From positions 103,354,001 to 103,418,000 of the forward strand of contig OZ024742.1 in assembly GCA_964016885.1 (NCBI GenBank): a DNA stretch of 64,000 nt, written 5' to 3'. Below are positions 37,116 through 50,956 of this stretch, piece by piece. Position numbers and translations under genes: made by a program. This DNA comes from Eledone cirrhosa (lineage: Eukaryota). Within the stretch, counting starts at the first letter, position 1, and each line of letters opens with the position of its first letter. The notes beneath the pieces were generated by a model. That model saw only the letters and a list, made by a program, of their open reading frames with translations. It was not told the origin of the DNA and made no database searches.

Positions 37116-38544
37116 CCTTTGAGAAAAGGATTCTGAATTGATAAAGTTTATACTTTATGGAAAGTTCTGTGGAATTTATGCAAGCAGATAGAAAACAAGT
37201 CAGTGCGTCTATTTATTATAGAATCTAAATTAGATATAATGGTAAATTTTTCATTCAGACAGAGATTGCAAGTCTTGGATAGAGAACTGTTCAAGTATGT
37301 AGAAGCAGAGGAAACCTTTTTCCAAGAGATATTATATTTAATATTTTTGTCTTTCAAGGACCATATGAGTTCTAAGAGAGCCGTGTTGGTTCTTTTAAGT
37401 TTATATTTAAAAGACGAATGTTGATTATAAAGACGAGCTTTAAAGGAGGTGGAAGTGGAGCCAAAATAGGTGAAGGAATTGGTGTCAGTTATAACTTTAC
37501 ATTCGTAAATTAAGTTTTTATCAAGACAATGGTTGTTGAGAGGACATTTATTTTTAGCAGGGCAATTGCAATTGCGATTAGAGAGATTATTAACGAGTGA
37601 CCTAGTGTTATCTATAGAAGGGATTGGATTGGAGAAGTTATTAACGATAGGAATAATAGTTTCTTGATTTAGAATGGGATTAAGAACATTTAGCGAAGTT
37701 GTGTTTGACGTTGTATTTGGGTTTGCAGAAATTAGCCTAGGGTTTACAATGACGTCGGGAGTACTATTACTATTATTATGATATTCAGTGTTGGAAGAAA
37801 GAGATTTAGTATTTAGTATTTTATTGTTGTGTTTAGAGATAAGGTTGGAAATGTTGGAGGATGTCGAATAGGAAAATTTTATAGTGTGTTTGTTAAATAT
37901 TTTACTATAGATATGTGAGGGAGGGAAGCATTTATTTAAGGCACTAAAGAATAATTTAGGAATATTATTATTAATAGAGATGGAGAAAGGAGCATTATAC
38001 CAGATTATGTTTTTGTATCTAGGTCTTTTATTAAAGTTATTGGAATGATCATGATTAATTATTCTACTGTAAGATTTTCTAGAATTTGTTTCTTTATTAT
38101 ATTTGATTTTATCAGGATAGCCGGCTTTAGAAAGCGCATTATTATAGTAATTGGCGTTAGCATCGAAAATGTTTTTATTAGAAGATAGGTTAGATATTCT
38201 TTTTCCAATATTACTAACTATAGCATTCTTAATATTAGTAGGGTGGTTAGATTTAAAATTAACATAATTTAGGTTCTCATTGTTTTTATGGTAAGGGTAA
38301 TATAGGCCAGTGTCAAGATTAAGAGATACATCCAAGAAATTAGCTAGTTTGATGCTGTTATCAAATTCAATTTTTAGGTTATGTTGGTTAAAGAGATTAC
38401 GTATATTGTTCTTAATAATATTAAGGTTAACTATGTTACAATTTAAGATAGTAAAGAGTCCATCGTCACGATAAATTCCACCGCGAAGTTGAGTGCTTCT
38501 TATCCGATATCTGCATTGCTTTATTGTACTACAATAAAACTCAC
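36105..38544 (-). mobile_element. Penelope-like element 3 (sister subfamily of element 2), 5'-truncated, with short inverted tail
   Basis: Intact frame 37148-38493 with YRDD, NFLDVSLNL, GIY-YIG (NLIYEC..YFGST) and CNLCLNEK; pLTR 36105-~36900 includes a triplicated ~58-bp unit (~36568-36735). Confidence 0.93.
36137..36207 (-). ncRNA. Minimal type I hammerhead ribozyme (Penelope pLTR, covarying copy)
   Basis: CUGAUGA; stem II ACAAAUGUUAU/AUGAUAUUUGU; GAAA-UGCGCA-UA. Confidence 0.85.
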
Positions 38545-38948
38545 GGTCCAATACATTTTTGTTAGCAATATTAAGTTCTCCACGCTTTTGTATATCTCCA
38601 ATTCCATTTATGGGAACAGCTAGATGATGTAAAACGGAGTATTTGTATCAAAATAAAGATCCGAAGGCATGGTATAAATTTCCAATCATTTTAATCACGA
38701 CACATGCTTCAATAAGAGATAGATCGATCGTGTAGCCATGATCGATTATCACTGATCTCGTCAGGTGAAAATGAATTGTCTTCAAATCCTTGATATGAGG
38801 GAGAAAATTAACGGTGTTCACTCACAGAGTTTAGTCCCTCATATGAAGATCAAGCAGTCAGAACACGACGACTGCTATCGTCCTCAGTTAGGGTCATAAA
38901 ACTATCAAGTCTCTATCTCCCAATAGCTGTAAAAGACGCTGGACATCA

Positions 38949-39163
38949 ATCAAATCTGTAGAATTACAGTCGGTCACAGTTAATGAGAGTGGGTACACAC
39001 ACACTCACACACACCGACGCGAGGTCAAAGAAAAGATATTTATACATATACCAACATAACATCAAATCTGTAGAACTATAGACGGTCACAGTTAGTGTGA
39101 GTGAGTACACACTCACACACACGGACACAAGGTGAAAGAAAAAATATAAATATACCAACATAG
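38949..39163. repeat. Tandem duplication of a ~112-bp unit
   Basis: ATCAAATCTGTAGAA...ATATACCAACATA occurs twice. Confidence 0.8.
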
Positions 39164-39176
39164 TATTCATCGAAAG

Positions 39177-40300
39177 TTAGTTTCTTGTGGAGGAGACAGG
39201 TTCCGTTGGTGAGGCGGTCCATCTGCTGCCAGAATCCTCTACGTGGAGGGCTGGACATGCCGCGTCTAATGATGCGCAAACATGCGCCGAGGCTGCAGCA
39301 TCTCCAAATATTCTACCTAAACGGTGACAGGAGTGGTCACCGTTTGTCAGATGGGCTTTCCACAGCTCGTCACTTTCACTGAGCTGCAGTCCTGAGTCAT
39401 GAAGAGACCGAGACTGGATGACTGGCATTTGGAATGTTGCCAGGCACTCACTGCCCTCTACCAGGCAATACAGTCAGTAGAACTTCCACTCTTGAGTTCT
39501 ATAGAGGATTAGTGGTGGGCAAGTGCGACGACGCACTCGGAAAGGCTCTGGGCGTCGACGAAGTCTGTTACGGAGGACTTTTGTAGCTGGGGACGTAGAA
39601 ATCACTCTTTTGGCAGTGCTACTGGGGGTGTATTGCCGGTTTGAGATAAACTCTACAGGCACGTAAGTGCTATGAGAGGGACCTGCCTGAGATGCGCGCA
39701 GAGCGACAAAACCACTCTGCACGCACTCATCCAGTGTCTGTGCATTACTGACGTGTGGAGTTATGTCGAACATCTGTTGTCGCGTGTAGAACAGATCCGG
39801 TTATCGGCTGAGTCTGTAGGGAAGATCGACCCACTGCCTTCTTTTAGCCAGGAAGGGCAGGCAATTTTCCTCTGTCTGGTGTGAAAGTGGTTGTATGGTG
39901 GACCAGGTTGAAAGGACTGAAGACAGATACTTTTCTCCTTGGCCAATCCCCATCAACTTTGAAAAGGAAGGTGAGGGTGGAGAAAGAAGTGCTGCTCCCC
40001 ATTACATTTGCTAAAAGGTGGGTGAATGTGGCGAGAATGGTCCGTGTGAGTGGGCCTAGTCTGACCATGCGCCTGTAGGCTGGTTAATTTGAGGGGGAGA
40101 GGGGTGTCCTTGAAGCGTCAGGTGGTTCAGGATTGGTGGGGTACCTGAATCAACCCTGGGTGGTTATCCCCCTATTGGAGAATTTTCACTGTTGTATTTT
40201 TCTTGTTATTTTGTTATTGTTATTTATATTTTTGACACGTTTTATATGTAACCCCCACTGTCCCTGTCTATTGTATTGTCTCCTATGAAACAATTATTAT
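39177..40300 (+). mobile_element. Tx1-clade LINE 3' fragment, copy 3 (same subfamily as copy 1)
   Basis: WRRQVPLVRRSICCQNPLRGG, CLRC..LHALIQC, KRWVNVARMVRVSGPSLTMRL; 3' UTR matches 4860-5080. Confidence 0.9.
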
Positions 40301-40311
40301 TATTATCCACT

Positions 40312-40697
40312 GCCGGTGGATTGGCAGTATCAGTAGAGGGTCGGACGCCATGCTTTGCAGCAAAGAGTTACGACCCTTTATGGTCGGAGTTCAAATTCCG
40401 CCGAGGTTAACTTTGCCTTTCATCCTTATGGGGTCGATAAAATAAAGTACCAGTAATATACTGGCCTTGTGCCAAAAGTAGAAACAATTATTATCCACCG
40501 GTGGTGGATTGGCAGTATCGGTAGAGGGGCGGACACCATGTTTTGACCCATAGAGTTACGGCCCTTGCCATTCTGAGTTCAAATCCCGCCGAGGTTAACT
40601 TTGCCTTTCATCCTTACGGGGTTGATAAAATAAAGTACCAGTAATCTACTGGATAATTGCTGGCCTTGTGCCAAAAGTAGAAACAATTATTATTATT
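40312..40697 (+). mobile_element. Two tandem SINEs
   Basis: Same consensus; ATTATTATCCAC precedes both. Confidence 0.88.
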
Positions 40698-41519
40698 GTT
40701 GTTGTTGGTGGTGGTATTGCCGCTGTCATCAAAGCAATCCCCAATGTCTTTATTCTGTATTGTTGTCTTTATTGTTGCTGTTGTTGTGCAGGATGGGTGC
40801 ACTGTTGCTCTTGCTGGCACCGTAGTGATACAAAGGACAGTGATGAATGAAAATTCTCAGATGGGATTGGTGACTAAATCAACATGCAAACGAGAGACTG
40901 AGCAATACGCCAAGCTAGAAGTAGTAAATATGTCAGCAATAGCATCAAGGAACTGTTCTCAGAGCCTATGAATTCCACCAGCCAAAAGGCAGATACATCT
41001 GCCATTAGACATTTGTAAAAAAACGAAATTCAGTGTCTCATATGTTTGCTCGCATCAAACCAAGATGGTAATAGGTTACCGGCAGCATGTCTGCATAATT
41101 ACATAATTGTATGAGAATCTGATGATGTCACATGGAAACTGTTAATGATATAATCATTGCATAACCACGCCATTGAAATATATATAATCCAATAAAACAA
41201 CTATGTAAAAGTCTTAACAATATTTCATAAATGGCAACTCCTTCACACATAATCACCAACTGCTAATGGGATTTTGGATAGCTTAAACCGGTTTATTCTC
41301 ACGGAGTTACAGCATAACCTGTACAGATAAGCACCGTAATTATCTGCACTACACACACGCACACATATATATATATAAAGAAAGACAAAGAGAGAGTTTC
41401 ACTTTCAAATATATGTGTATGTCCCTATGTACCTGCTTACTTGCATAGATGCCCATCCATCCATCCATTTATCCATGCATACATATGATCTTTATTTTAT
41501 ATTATTTCGAACATCCTGA

Positions 41520-41830
41520 TTTGCACTGACATACTGAATTGACACACTGCTTCATAATGCAGTCCATTTCCCACCATTGATCTTCATGATGCAGCACATT
41601 AGCAGACATCTTGCTTTCTCCTACTTTATGTGCTAAGTAAACCTAGCTTCTTTTTTAGCTACATGGTATTTCTCTGTGCTGCCTCCAATGTTCCAGTCTT
41701 TCTGGTCTTGGTTCTATCTACAGTACCGTTCCACCAGAAAATCACCTTTCTTCTGGTTGGTATCTTCCTTCAACCACAGATCTAATCAGTTGTCCCTTAG
41801 AACTTCCAATTGTCATCTGTGTTATATGTG
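41520..41830 (-). mobile_element. Degenerate internal RTE-like LINE fragment
   Basis: Minus strand ICG*RKIPTRRKVIFWWNGTVD resembles the RTE linker CG..K..R.K.TWWWN. Confidence 0.45.
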
Positions 41831-42587
41831 TAGTGAAATTTCTCCCCCCCCCCCCAAAAAAAAAACGATACGGGAATGCTCTTTTTCTTTATCTCTTTAT
41901 CTATAGTCTGGAGAAACTGGCTAACTTGGAGTTAAAGGAGATAAGATTTTTTAAAAGCCATTCCACTCTCGTTTCTTGGAAGAGAAGGACATCACTCCTA
42001 GTTGCTCTAGCAGTAGAGAGATGTAGCGCTTAGCCAAACCCCCCAACCTTATTGACAGGATTAGGCTACTTCGATAAAGGTTAATTCAATGCATCTTGTC
42101 AGATTACTACTACATTCACACAACATAACACACAATTGAATAGGTTCTTTGTTGTTTTCCTGTTTTATCAACAATAGCTTCGATGTAAGCTATTTTGTTA
42201 ATCAAAATTATTTTAGTAGCAATCATGTTTTATTTGTCATTCAAAGGCATTTAACACAGCGCTTTATTATGGGAGAATTTTACCTTATACATAATCACCC
42301 ATCAAACCAACAACAATTACTTTACTACTATAACTTCTGCTATGCTCAAATGAACAACAAATTCAAACCAATTCTTTCTATCGCTACAATACCCCAAAAA
42401 ATATATTCACTACATACATGCTTGCTACATATATATCAACCTCCACTTACCCACTCTCGTTGACTGCCTCACGTAGAGCTTTTAACAGAAGAGAAGTCCT
42501 TTCACTTTCATACGCTTCTTCTCCAGATTCTGCCTGATTCTTATTCTGATGTCACTAATAACTATTTTGTGTTGTTTGGGGGCATTC

Positions 42588-42619
42588 TTATTCTGGAAGT
42601 CGATCAAATTTCATTGAAA
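42588..42619 (-). CDS. Candidate terminal coding exon of the ARMH1-like gene ((I)SMKFDRLPE*)
   Basis: Strong pyrimidine tract plus AG at 42620-42621 and compatible phase 1. An alternative acceptor exists at ~43479. Confidence 0.25.
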
Positions 42620-44305
42620 CTTAAGAAACATCAAGAAAATAAAAACAATATGCAAACAACGATGTGAAGTGGTTGGTGATAGGAAGGGCATTACACTGTA
42701 AAAACTGTGCCAAAAAGAGTCGAGAAGACTCTTCAGTTGTGTCAAAGTCACAGCAACCTCTCCACTGTTGTTGATCTATATAATTGTTTCTACTTTTGGC
42801 ACAGAGCCAGCAATTATCCCAGTGCATTACTGGTACTTTATTTTGTTGATCTATATAATAAATGCCATCAGTACACTCTGTAAAGTGAAAGAAAGAGCAT
42901 CCAGCCATAAACAACCTGCTAAACAAAAGGTCGGGAGGACTTTCAGCTGTGTTAAAAACATCACAACCTCCCTAGTGATGATGCCACAATAAAATGCACT
43001 CGGCAGAGCATCGGATCATATGCGGGTCCCCAGCTCATTTGAGCACACGATAGAGTGCGGGAATGTATGTATGTGAGATATAGACCGTGACCTATCTAAG
43101 CATTCGGTAGAGTGTGGTAACGTATGCAAGCAAGAAGCAGGCCTCTGCCCATTAGAGAGATCTGTAGTCCTGATTGAGTTATGACTTGGTCTGTCATCAA
43201 CTGATCCAATCCTTGCTAGCAGGGAAAATAAACGTTAAATGATGACGACGATGATGACGATGACGGAAAAATCTAGAAAATATATAAGTGGATGTTGACA
43301 TGTCTCAAAAACAAATCTGACGTTTTTATTTTATTTTACATTAACATCAAATGTAAAGTAGTCATTTATAAGTAGTCATTTCCTCATCTAAAGTAGGTAC
43401 CATCCCAGGTCCACAGCATCAGTTTAAGTTTGTTGATCCATCTGAGACATGTTTTTGATATACCAAACAGAAATGTGACTATTAAAAAAAGAATTGTCAC
43501 CAAACTGCAAGTGGTATGCGAGATTCTCTCAGAGGCTCACAATGCTTTTGCAAGGAGGAATGGCACCACATTACACTCCTCACCACAAAACAAACCCAGA
43601 TAGGAAAATACGAGTGGTCAATGCACTTTTATTATATAGAATTCTCCACAAAAATAGATGATTAATTATGGAAACATCACTCATATCACAATACAATGCT
43701 AATTATTTTACACACATCATTAACAAAATAAACACGTGAATAATGACAGACATCTTACGGTTAACGTTTTAGCAGTTAACTACATATCAACTCCTAAAGC
43801 CCTTGCCTTTCCCTTCCTTTTACGTTTTTTTTTTAATATATAATTACCAATATCAAAACGTATCCCCATATTACAGGATAATATAGATTATCACGTGAAA
43901 TGTTAAGTATATTTTGTTGCATCTAAAAGCATTAGTTGATTCATTTTCCAAAAATGTACAACTATATATGATAATTGCCTACTATAAAAGAGGCAGTAAA
44001 GAAGCCAACAAGACTTCACATCATGATAATGTGGTTGTGAAAGTTTAGAAACATGGATGATGGATTTAGAAGATTTTGAAGAAATACGAAAGAAAACCAC
44101 ATTTTTAAAACATGTCTAATTTAGAGACCACTTGCATTTTAGCTGTCATATTATTAGTAGCCTTAGTATACACACAAGTGCGCGAATATCATCACTTTTT
44201 CTTCTTCTTGAGTGTCGAGGGGGTAGAGACCTCAAACACTCCAAGCATGAACCTAATATAATTGTGTAAAATTGCATCTTGTGTTTTGTTTGTTTCATTT
44301 ATTAC

Positions 44306-44359
<54 letters not shown>

Positions 44360-45366
44360 TCATAGAGGAGATAACAATTTCCCAGATCTTTAGAGAAGAA
44401 TGGAAATTGGGTAACATTCACATCTTACTCAAAGATGTGGTAATTAAAAATGTTTGTGAATGATTAGATTAACAAATGATGATGATGTTGTTAATGGTTA
44501 GAAGAAAAAAAAACAAATAAATATATTTTCATAATGGAGTTTTAATTTTGCTGTCTTGTATTCATATACTCTTATTCTTCTTCTCTTTGATTGCATACCA
44601 CTATAGGGGGGAAAAAAAAGAACAATTCTAAATTGGTACAAAGCCAGCAATTTTAAGAGTAGAGGAAAGTCGATTATATCTTCCCCAGTATTTTACTGGT
44701 ACTTTATTTAGTCAAACCTAGAAGGATGAAAGGCAAAATTGACCTCCGCAAGATTTGAACTTAGAATTTAAAGAGCGGTAACAAATATGGTGAAGCATCT
44801 GTGTGGCTCTTTAACAGCTCTGCCAATCTGCTGCCTTTAATAACAACAACAACAATATGGTTTCTAATTGAGGAACAAGGACCTTAATAATAGTGAGAAA
44901 GTTAGTTATATTATTCTTGATTATTTCAAAAATTATTTGAAAAATCATAGGCAGCATCTTTCATTAGAAATATGTAATATTTATTTCAGTTTTCTGTGAT
45001 CTGAGTTCAAATCCTGCTGAAGTCAACTTTGCCTTTCTTCTTTTCATGTTCAACAAACAAAGAACCAATCCAGGGTGATGGATTGAGAGAATTGTTAGAG
45101 TACTGGATGAAATTCTGCTTGGCTCTTTGCATTCTGAGTTCAAATACACAGTGGCCTATTTGAGAGGTAGTCATAATTAGTCACCCTGTTTAACACCACC
45201 ACCTGGTCATTGAGTGCCCTTAGCAGAGTCACTTCTGTTGTAAGTATTTGGATCAGATCTCTGTGTTAAGATTGGCTTCATCCCTCCCTCTCACCAGTCT
45301 CTGTGGCTCTGAAGAGAGTCATAGGCACTATTTTTCTTTCTCTAACTAAAGAGTACAAAAAAAAAA

Positions 45367-45782
45367 GAGAGTTCCTCATCTTTGCTATGACAGAAGAGCT
45401 CTGCATTATTTACTACATATGATTGTGAGAGAACTCTTCACCCTTAAAATAAGGGAGTTCTTCATCCTTACCATAATATGAGGAGAAAGGTCCCTAGCCT
45501 TACTATGTATGAAATGAGAGATTTCCATCATTACCATGCCAAGGGAAATTCTCCATTTATACTATAATGGGAAATCTTTTTCTATCTTTGAATGACAGCT
45601 CTCAATCTTTACTATACTATGATAGTATAGTAAGGAACAGAGAACTCCTCTATGATGAGAAAACTCCATCTGCACTATACTTTGATAAGAGAGCTTTCTA
45701 TTTCCTCTATACTATGAGAGGAGAATATTCCATTCCTTACTATACTATGATAAAAGAGCTCTCCTTTCTTACCTTACTATGC
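45367..45782. repeat. Old degenerate minisatellite (~28-33-bp units, GAGAG..CTCCATC.TTACTAT.AT)
   Basis: About 14 diverged units. Confidence 0.6.
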
Positions 45783-45901
45783 AAGGATAGTCAGCATTAT
45801 TAATACCACAGAGCATATAGTTCAACATTAAAATTTTCTACTTTTCTACTGGCTTTACCCACATTTAATATATCAAACCAACTATCATAAGAAATACTCA
45901 C

Positions 45902-45983
45902 TTGTATCTATTTTGGCTTTGATCTTCTCTAATATCTCCTCTTGACTTTCAGTGAGATTCTGATAGAGAGTGTCAGGTGAAGC
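45902..45983 (-). CDS. ARMH1: ARMH1-like exon: ASPDTLYQNLTESQEEILEKIKAKIDT
   Basis: ttcag acceptor, GTGAGT donor, 82 nt, phase 0 to 1; resembles recalled human SNAEDLYMKIDSIQADIL. Confidence 0.78.
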
Positions 45984-46097
45984 CTGAATGTTACAAAAAG
46001 ATAAAAGTGTTCACATATAATACAAAGTATTTATAACAAGAGAAACAAGTTAGCTAAGGCCTATGTAACTAAAGTAAACTAATAAGGTAAAGCTTTG

Positions 46098-46684
46098 TAT
46101 CATCATCATCAACGTTTAATGTCCGTGTTCCACGCTTGCATGGGTTTGGACGGGGGTTTTCCCACTTGAGGCAAGAGTGATTGTCTTGCTCGCATAGGAC
46201 TGTCTGGCAGGTTTTCTACAGTTGGATGCCCTTCCTAACACCAACCACATTTACAGTGTGGGTCTGGGAGGTTTTTACCGTGTTGCCTACACGGCCACAT
46301 TACAGTGTGGACTGTGTGTTTTTTTGTCGTGACACCTACACGATCTCATTTGTTTCGGCCTGGATGGTATGGCACCAACATAACTTTACATAGAAGGGGG
46401 CGGTGTGGATGGGGTGGGGGTGGTGGGACGGGGGTGTATTTTGTTAGAGATGCCTACTGGCTGTAGTAGGTTTTACTTTGTATTTAGGTAAGGCGGGTCT
46501 TCTCTATTACTGAGTACCGCCAAAGGTCTCGGTCCAGTGACATTGTCTTGGTGAGGTGTAAGTGTGTGAGGTCGGAGTTTATCAGCTCGTCCCAGGTTTT
46601 TCTGGGTCTGCCTATTCCGTGGCTACCGTCTATCTTTATTGCCCTGCACTTTGTTATACAGCTATCGTCCTTCATGCGCATCAT
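46098..46684 (-). mobile_element. RTE-clade LINE 3' end with (GAT)n tail
   Basis: MRMKDDSCITKC..GRPRKTWDELI..DRDLWR; the UTR recurs at 54278-54658. Confidence 0.85.
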
Positions 46685-47389
46685 TGTATAAATATAATTA
46701 CTTTATTATCTACTCTTTTATTTGTTTCAGAATGTGGTCTGTGGCCTATTTTTTTATGTATATATTTCATGTTAGAATAAATACAATACAATGCTGCTCC
46801 CACACCCAAATGGAGCTTCTACTATTTTTAACGATTGACAAGATTCCAAACCTCATTTGGGGTGGAACTTGTCAATTTGGACCAAAGAAACAATGTTTCC
46901 ATTGGTCTTTCCATTGCTGATATTATCTACTGGTTGTAACTCCTGGCAGAAAGAGCAATGTGAAATAAAGTGTTTTGTGCAAGGACATAATGCAGTGCCC
47001 AGTCTGGGAATTGAACTTGCAACCTCACAATCGTGAATGCAATCCTCTAACCACTAAGCCACACACCTTCACAAAGCTACTGCTATACATACTAATAACA
47101 TCTTAGACCACAATCCAGAAAAGGCCACTTGACTGTTTGGTATGGAGTCATTGATGAACACAGTCATACCTCAGGCCCATAAATGTACTATCTTCTCTCT
47201 TTGTATTTTCTACTGGTACTACAGTAGCATTTTTTCTTTGCCCTATTAGATATATTCAATTCCTCCTCCCCAGAATGTGATTCTTCTAAAATTCTCTCCC
47301 TGTAGTCAGCAATATAGTTGTTTAAAAAGAACATCAACTACATTGATTCCAACAATCCCAAGAGTCTTGCAAATACCAAGGTTACAACA

Positions 47390-47600
47390 CCTTCTTCTAG
47401 ACTAAACAATTCATTTTTGGTGGAGGTCCTAGAGGCTAAAATCAACAAATACACAAGGAAGAGGCTTGGTGTCCCACTAGGTCTCACTAATGTTGCACTC
47501 TACTTGCTGCCAAGCCAAGTTGATGCTATCCTTCATGTCCATCATTGAGGAGTACAAAGTCAGAAAAGCAAAGCTCTTGACCATGCTTGAGTACTAAAGA
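47390..47600 (+). mobile_element. Degenerate HERO/NeSL-like (RLE-type) LINE fragment
   Basis: VEVLEAKINKYTRKRLGVPLGLTNVALY, then (frameshifted) SIIEEYKVRKAKLLTML. Confidence 0.55.
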
Positions 47601-48447
47601 TGTATCTGTAGGCATAGTCGACATTGGATCTGATTTAAAATATTCAAAGTAAAGCAAAGATATGACCTGGCATGTAGAAAGACACTGTATCACCATCTTT
47701 ATCACTGTTTAATGTCTATTTTCCATGCTTGCATGTGTTTAGACAGGCTATCACATTATGAAACCAAACCAGTTAAGTGACCATGTCTTGCTTGTACTTA
47801 TTATTTTTGGCTTGGTTTTCTACAGTTGCATGCTCTTCCTAATGCCAACCACCTTACAATGTATACTGGGAGCATTTTTCATAGCACCAGCAGTACCACC
47901 TTACAGGGTGAACTAGGTGCTTTTTGTAGTGGCACCAGTATAACGACCTCACATATTACTTTTAAATCATTTTGAAAATAATCAAGAATTAATAAGATGG
48001 AGTTTGTAACATAATTTAACAAATGTTTTTACATAAAATTATGAAGGAGGTTTTTAGATGAATATTGGGCAGTTTTTTTATACTTCTTTTATTAAAAAAA
48101 AATTAAGATAATTGCATTTTTAAAAGCTTGCACTTAGAATGAGGACAATGTGAATTTAATACCTGCTTTTATAGTAAGTTTATGTAGGTGTTTATCCCCA
48201 CTGCCTCTGACTTTTATTACATGCAATTCAAAAAAAAAAAAAAAAAAAAAAACCAGATTATTTATGGGATGACCAAAAATAAACATTTTAAGACAAGCAA
48301 TTTTGTATCATAGAAGCAGGGATGGTTTTAGGTGGTTTGATATTGAAAGGGTTAAAACCACAAGTAAATTTAACCATTTCTCTTTCTGAAAATCAAACAG
48401 AACTTTCTACTTTAACCCATCATTAATTAAAAACTGGAGCAACTTAC

Positions 48448-48525
48448 AAGTAAAATATTGTAAAGTTCACTGCCTAGGATTTCATTGGCCTTTACTGCTT
48501 GTTCTGGAAACAACTCAACAAAATA
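48448..48525 (-). CDS. ARMH1: ARMH1-like exon: YFVELFPEQAVKANEILGSELYNILL
   Basis: tttcag acceptor, GTAAGT donor, 78 nt, phase 0/0; resembles recalled CFVQMFP..MGEELYQLFL. Confidence 0.85.
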
Positions 48526-49583
48526 CTGAAACAGAATATATCATTAATTTGAATTGTAATATACAAATGGAAGAAAATTTGATAAACATATGGGACGGGT
48601 CCTATTCAGCACAGCATCTCTCCACTTGTCATCTCCACCATGAGCTTCAGCGATCTGTGGTCCGCTCTCACCACTTCCAATGTTTTTCATGGTCTTCCTT
48701 CTACTGGCATTTCTTGGCACATAGATAATAATTGTTGTTGTTGGACATGATCATGTAGCATATATTTTAAAGATGGTATATCTGCTAGTGTTGCTTATCT
48801 TTCAGGCAATACCAAGATGGGTGACATTATTTATAAGATCTCATCAAGTGTAGGGCAGTAATAATAATGTAATAATAAATTTGGTGTTTTGTTATTCAGA
48901 TGAGGCAACTCCTGAGTCCATAAGCTTATGTTTTTAAATCTATATATAAATTTCTGCGATTCTGTCACATGTAAAGAGAGGAATAGTTTGACTACCTCAT
49001 ACTATTTCTCTCTCTTTATGTCTGCTGTCTGTGTGAATGTATGTGTGTGTAAAAGGAAGGAAGGTGGTGGTGAAACGCTGTGTGTTTGTGTTAGTGTATA
49101 TGTGTGAGTGTATGTGTGTTTGCGCATTTATATTTATATACTCATACATAGAACGCTGCGTATATAATAATTATTATGTATATGTGTTTGTGTTAATGTA
49201 AGTCTGTGAGTGTATATTTTTGTAAGTGTGTTTGTGTTTGCGCGTTTATATTTATATACTCATACATATAAATGTATGCATATGCATATACATACATATA
49301 CACATCCATGTCAGTGTATGGAAAAATTATAGTATAATTATAATTGTAATTGTTAAAGTGTGTGTGTTATGTGTGTGTGTGATTGAGTTTTCCTATAAAT
49401 AATTATATGGATTATTGTAGTAAATGTCTGGTTTTATTAATGCATAGGGCATTGTTAAATATCTGTTGCGTGTTTGTGTACTTGTGTGGGTATTTATGTG
49501 TATATTATTTATATAGTTTATTATATTTAACCCAGTTTGAGTGCAGTAGGATGTGTGTGTAGGCTTAAGACCAATTTAGTGGA

Positions 49584-49828
49584 CTAAGGTGGGTGTAAGA
49601 TAGTGATGTTTTGTGTCTCTGGGTTTGTATTTTTCAATGCTGAAAAGAAATTTGATCTTATAAGTGGGCATCCTCTAAATAATTCATTTTTAGTGTTTAG
49701 GTATTTATCCAAAGATTTCAGCCTCTGTAATATCCTTAAACTTTTACTTAAGCAAAGTGAACACCTCTTTATTCCTTTAATGTAAAGCCATGACTTATCC
49801 AAGAATTTCCATTTAATCATATATGGTA
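49584..49828 (-). mobile_element. Penelope-like GIY-YIG C-terminal fragment
   Basis: YMIKWKFLDK..KRCSLCLSK..YLNTKNELFRGC. Confidence 0.7.
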
Positions 49829-50956
49829 TCATCATCATCATCATCATCATCATCATTTTATCTCCGCTTTTCCCTGCTTGCAAGGATGGGACGGGAACTG
49901 ATTCTGGCTTGATTTCTACAGCTGGATGCCCTTCCTAACACCAACCTCATTTACAGTGAGTGCTGGGTGCTTTTTTGCCGTGGCATATATTTTTCAGTTC
50001 CCACACATGATTTCTGGTGATTAAAAGATGTGATATGTGAATAGTACCATTGATTAAACCAGCCTTGTATCATACACACATATTGTTCTCTGCTCGTTGT
50101 ATGGTTGGTCATAACTGGTGTGATGGTATGTTACATTATATTTTTGTTGCATTCGTATGAGACTTATATATGTTTATTATATACAAACATATCGTATATG
50201 CCTTCATATACACCTCTAGGGATACATAATAGTATATGAAAGTATGAACTTTTGATCTTAAGGTTAGTAGACCAGCAATATATTTAGTTATGGTGGCAAA
50301 TTGTCAATAGAGCTTTGAATTATATGCCTTGTGGTATTTGTTCTCGTTCTCTGCACTCTCAGTTCAAATCATTCTTTCAGGGGTTGATGAATAAAGTACT
50401 AGTCCAGGAACAGTGTATTGTCAGAATTGTTAGAATGCTGGATGAAATGCCTTGTGGTATTTATTTTGGCTCTCTGCACTCCTGAATTCAAATCCTACAA
50501 ATTTGAATCTGTCCTTCAGTCTTTTCTGGGGTTAATAAAATCAATACCAGAGAAGAAACGGGAGATTAATGAAATTGTTAGAATGTTGGACAAGATGCCT
50601 TGCAATTGTCTGCTTCAGTTTTTAATGTTCTGAGTTCAAATATCGCTTCCTGTCACCGGAGAAATGGTGACATGATATGACTGGGGCCATTATTATTAAA
50701 ACTCCCTATGGCACTGGATTGGCATTGTCATTAGAGTGTCAGATAAATGTTTAGAGTATTTATTCCAGCTTTTTGCTTTCTGAGTTCAAATCCTGTCATA
50801 GACAACTTGGCCTTTCATCCTTCCAGGGTCGATAAAATAAAGTACCAACCAAATTCTGTGTCAATATAATTGACTTTCCCCTTCTCTCCTCTACTCAAAA
50901 AGAAAAAAAAAAAAAAAAAGCTGGCCTTGTGCCTAAATTTGATAGTATTATTAAGA

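Noticed and set aside
42449-42560. Protein-like frame QNKNQAESGEE...NES ending at a GTAAGT donor
   Set aside because: Stops immediately upstream and no convincing acceptor in the required phase; may be a UTR exon.
48790-48860. Hammerhead-like UUGAUGA...GAAA on the minus strand downstream of the Penelope fragment
   Set aside because: Stems I-III could not be formed convincingly.
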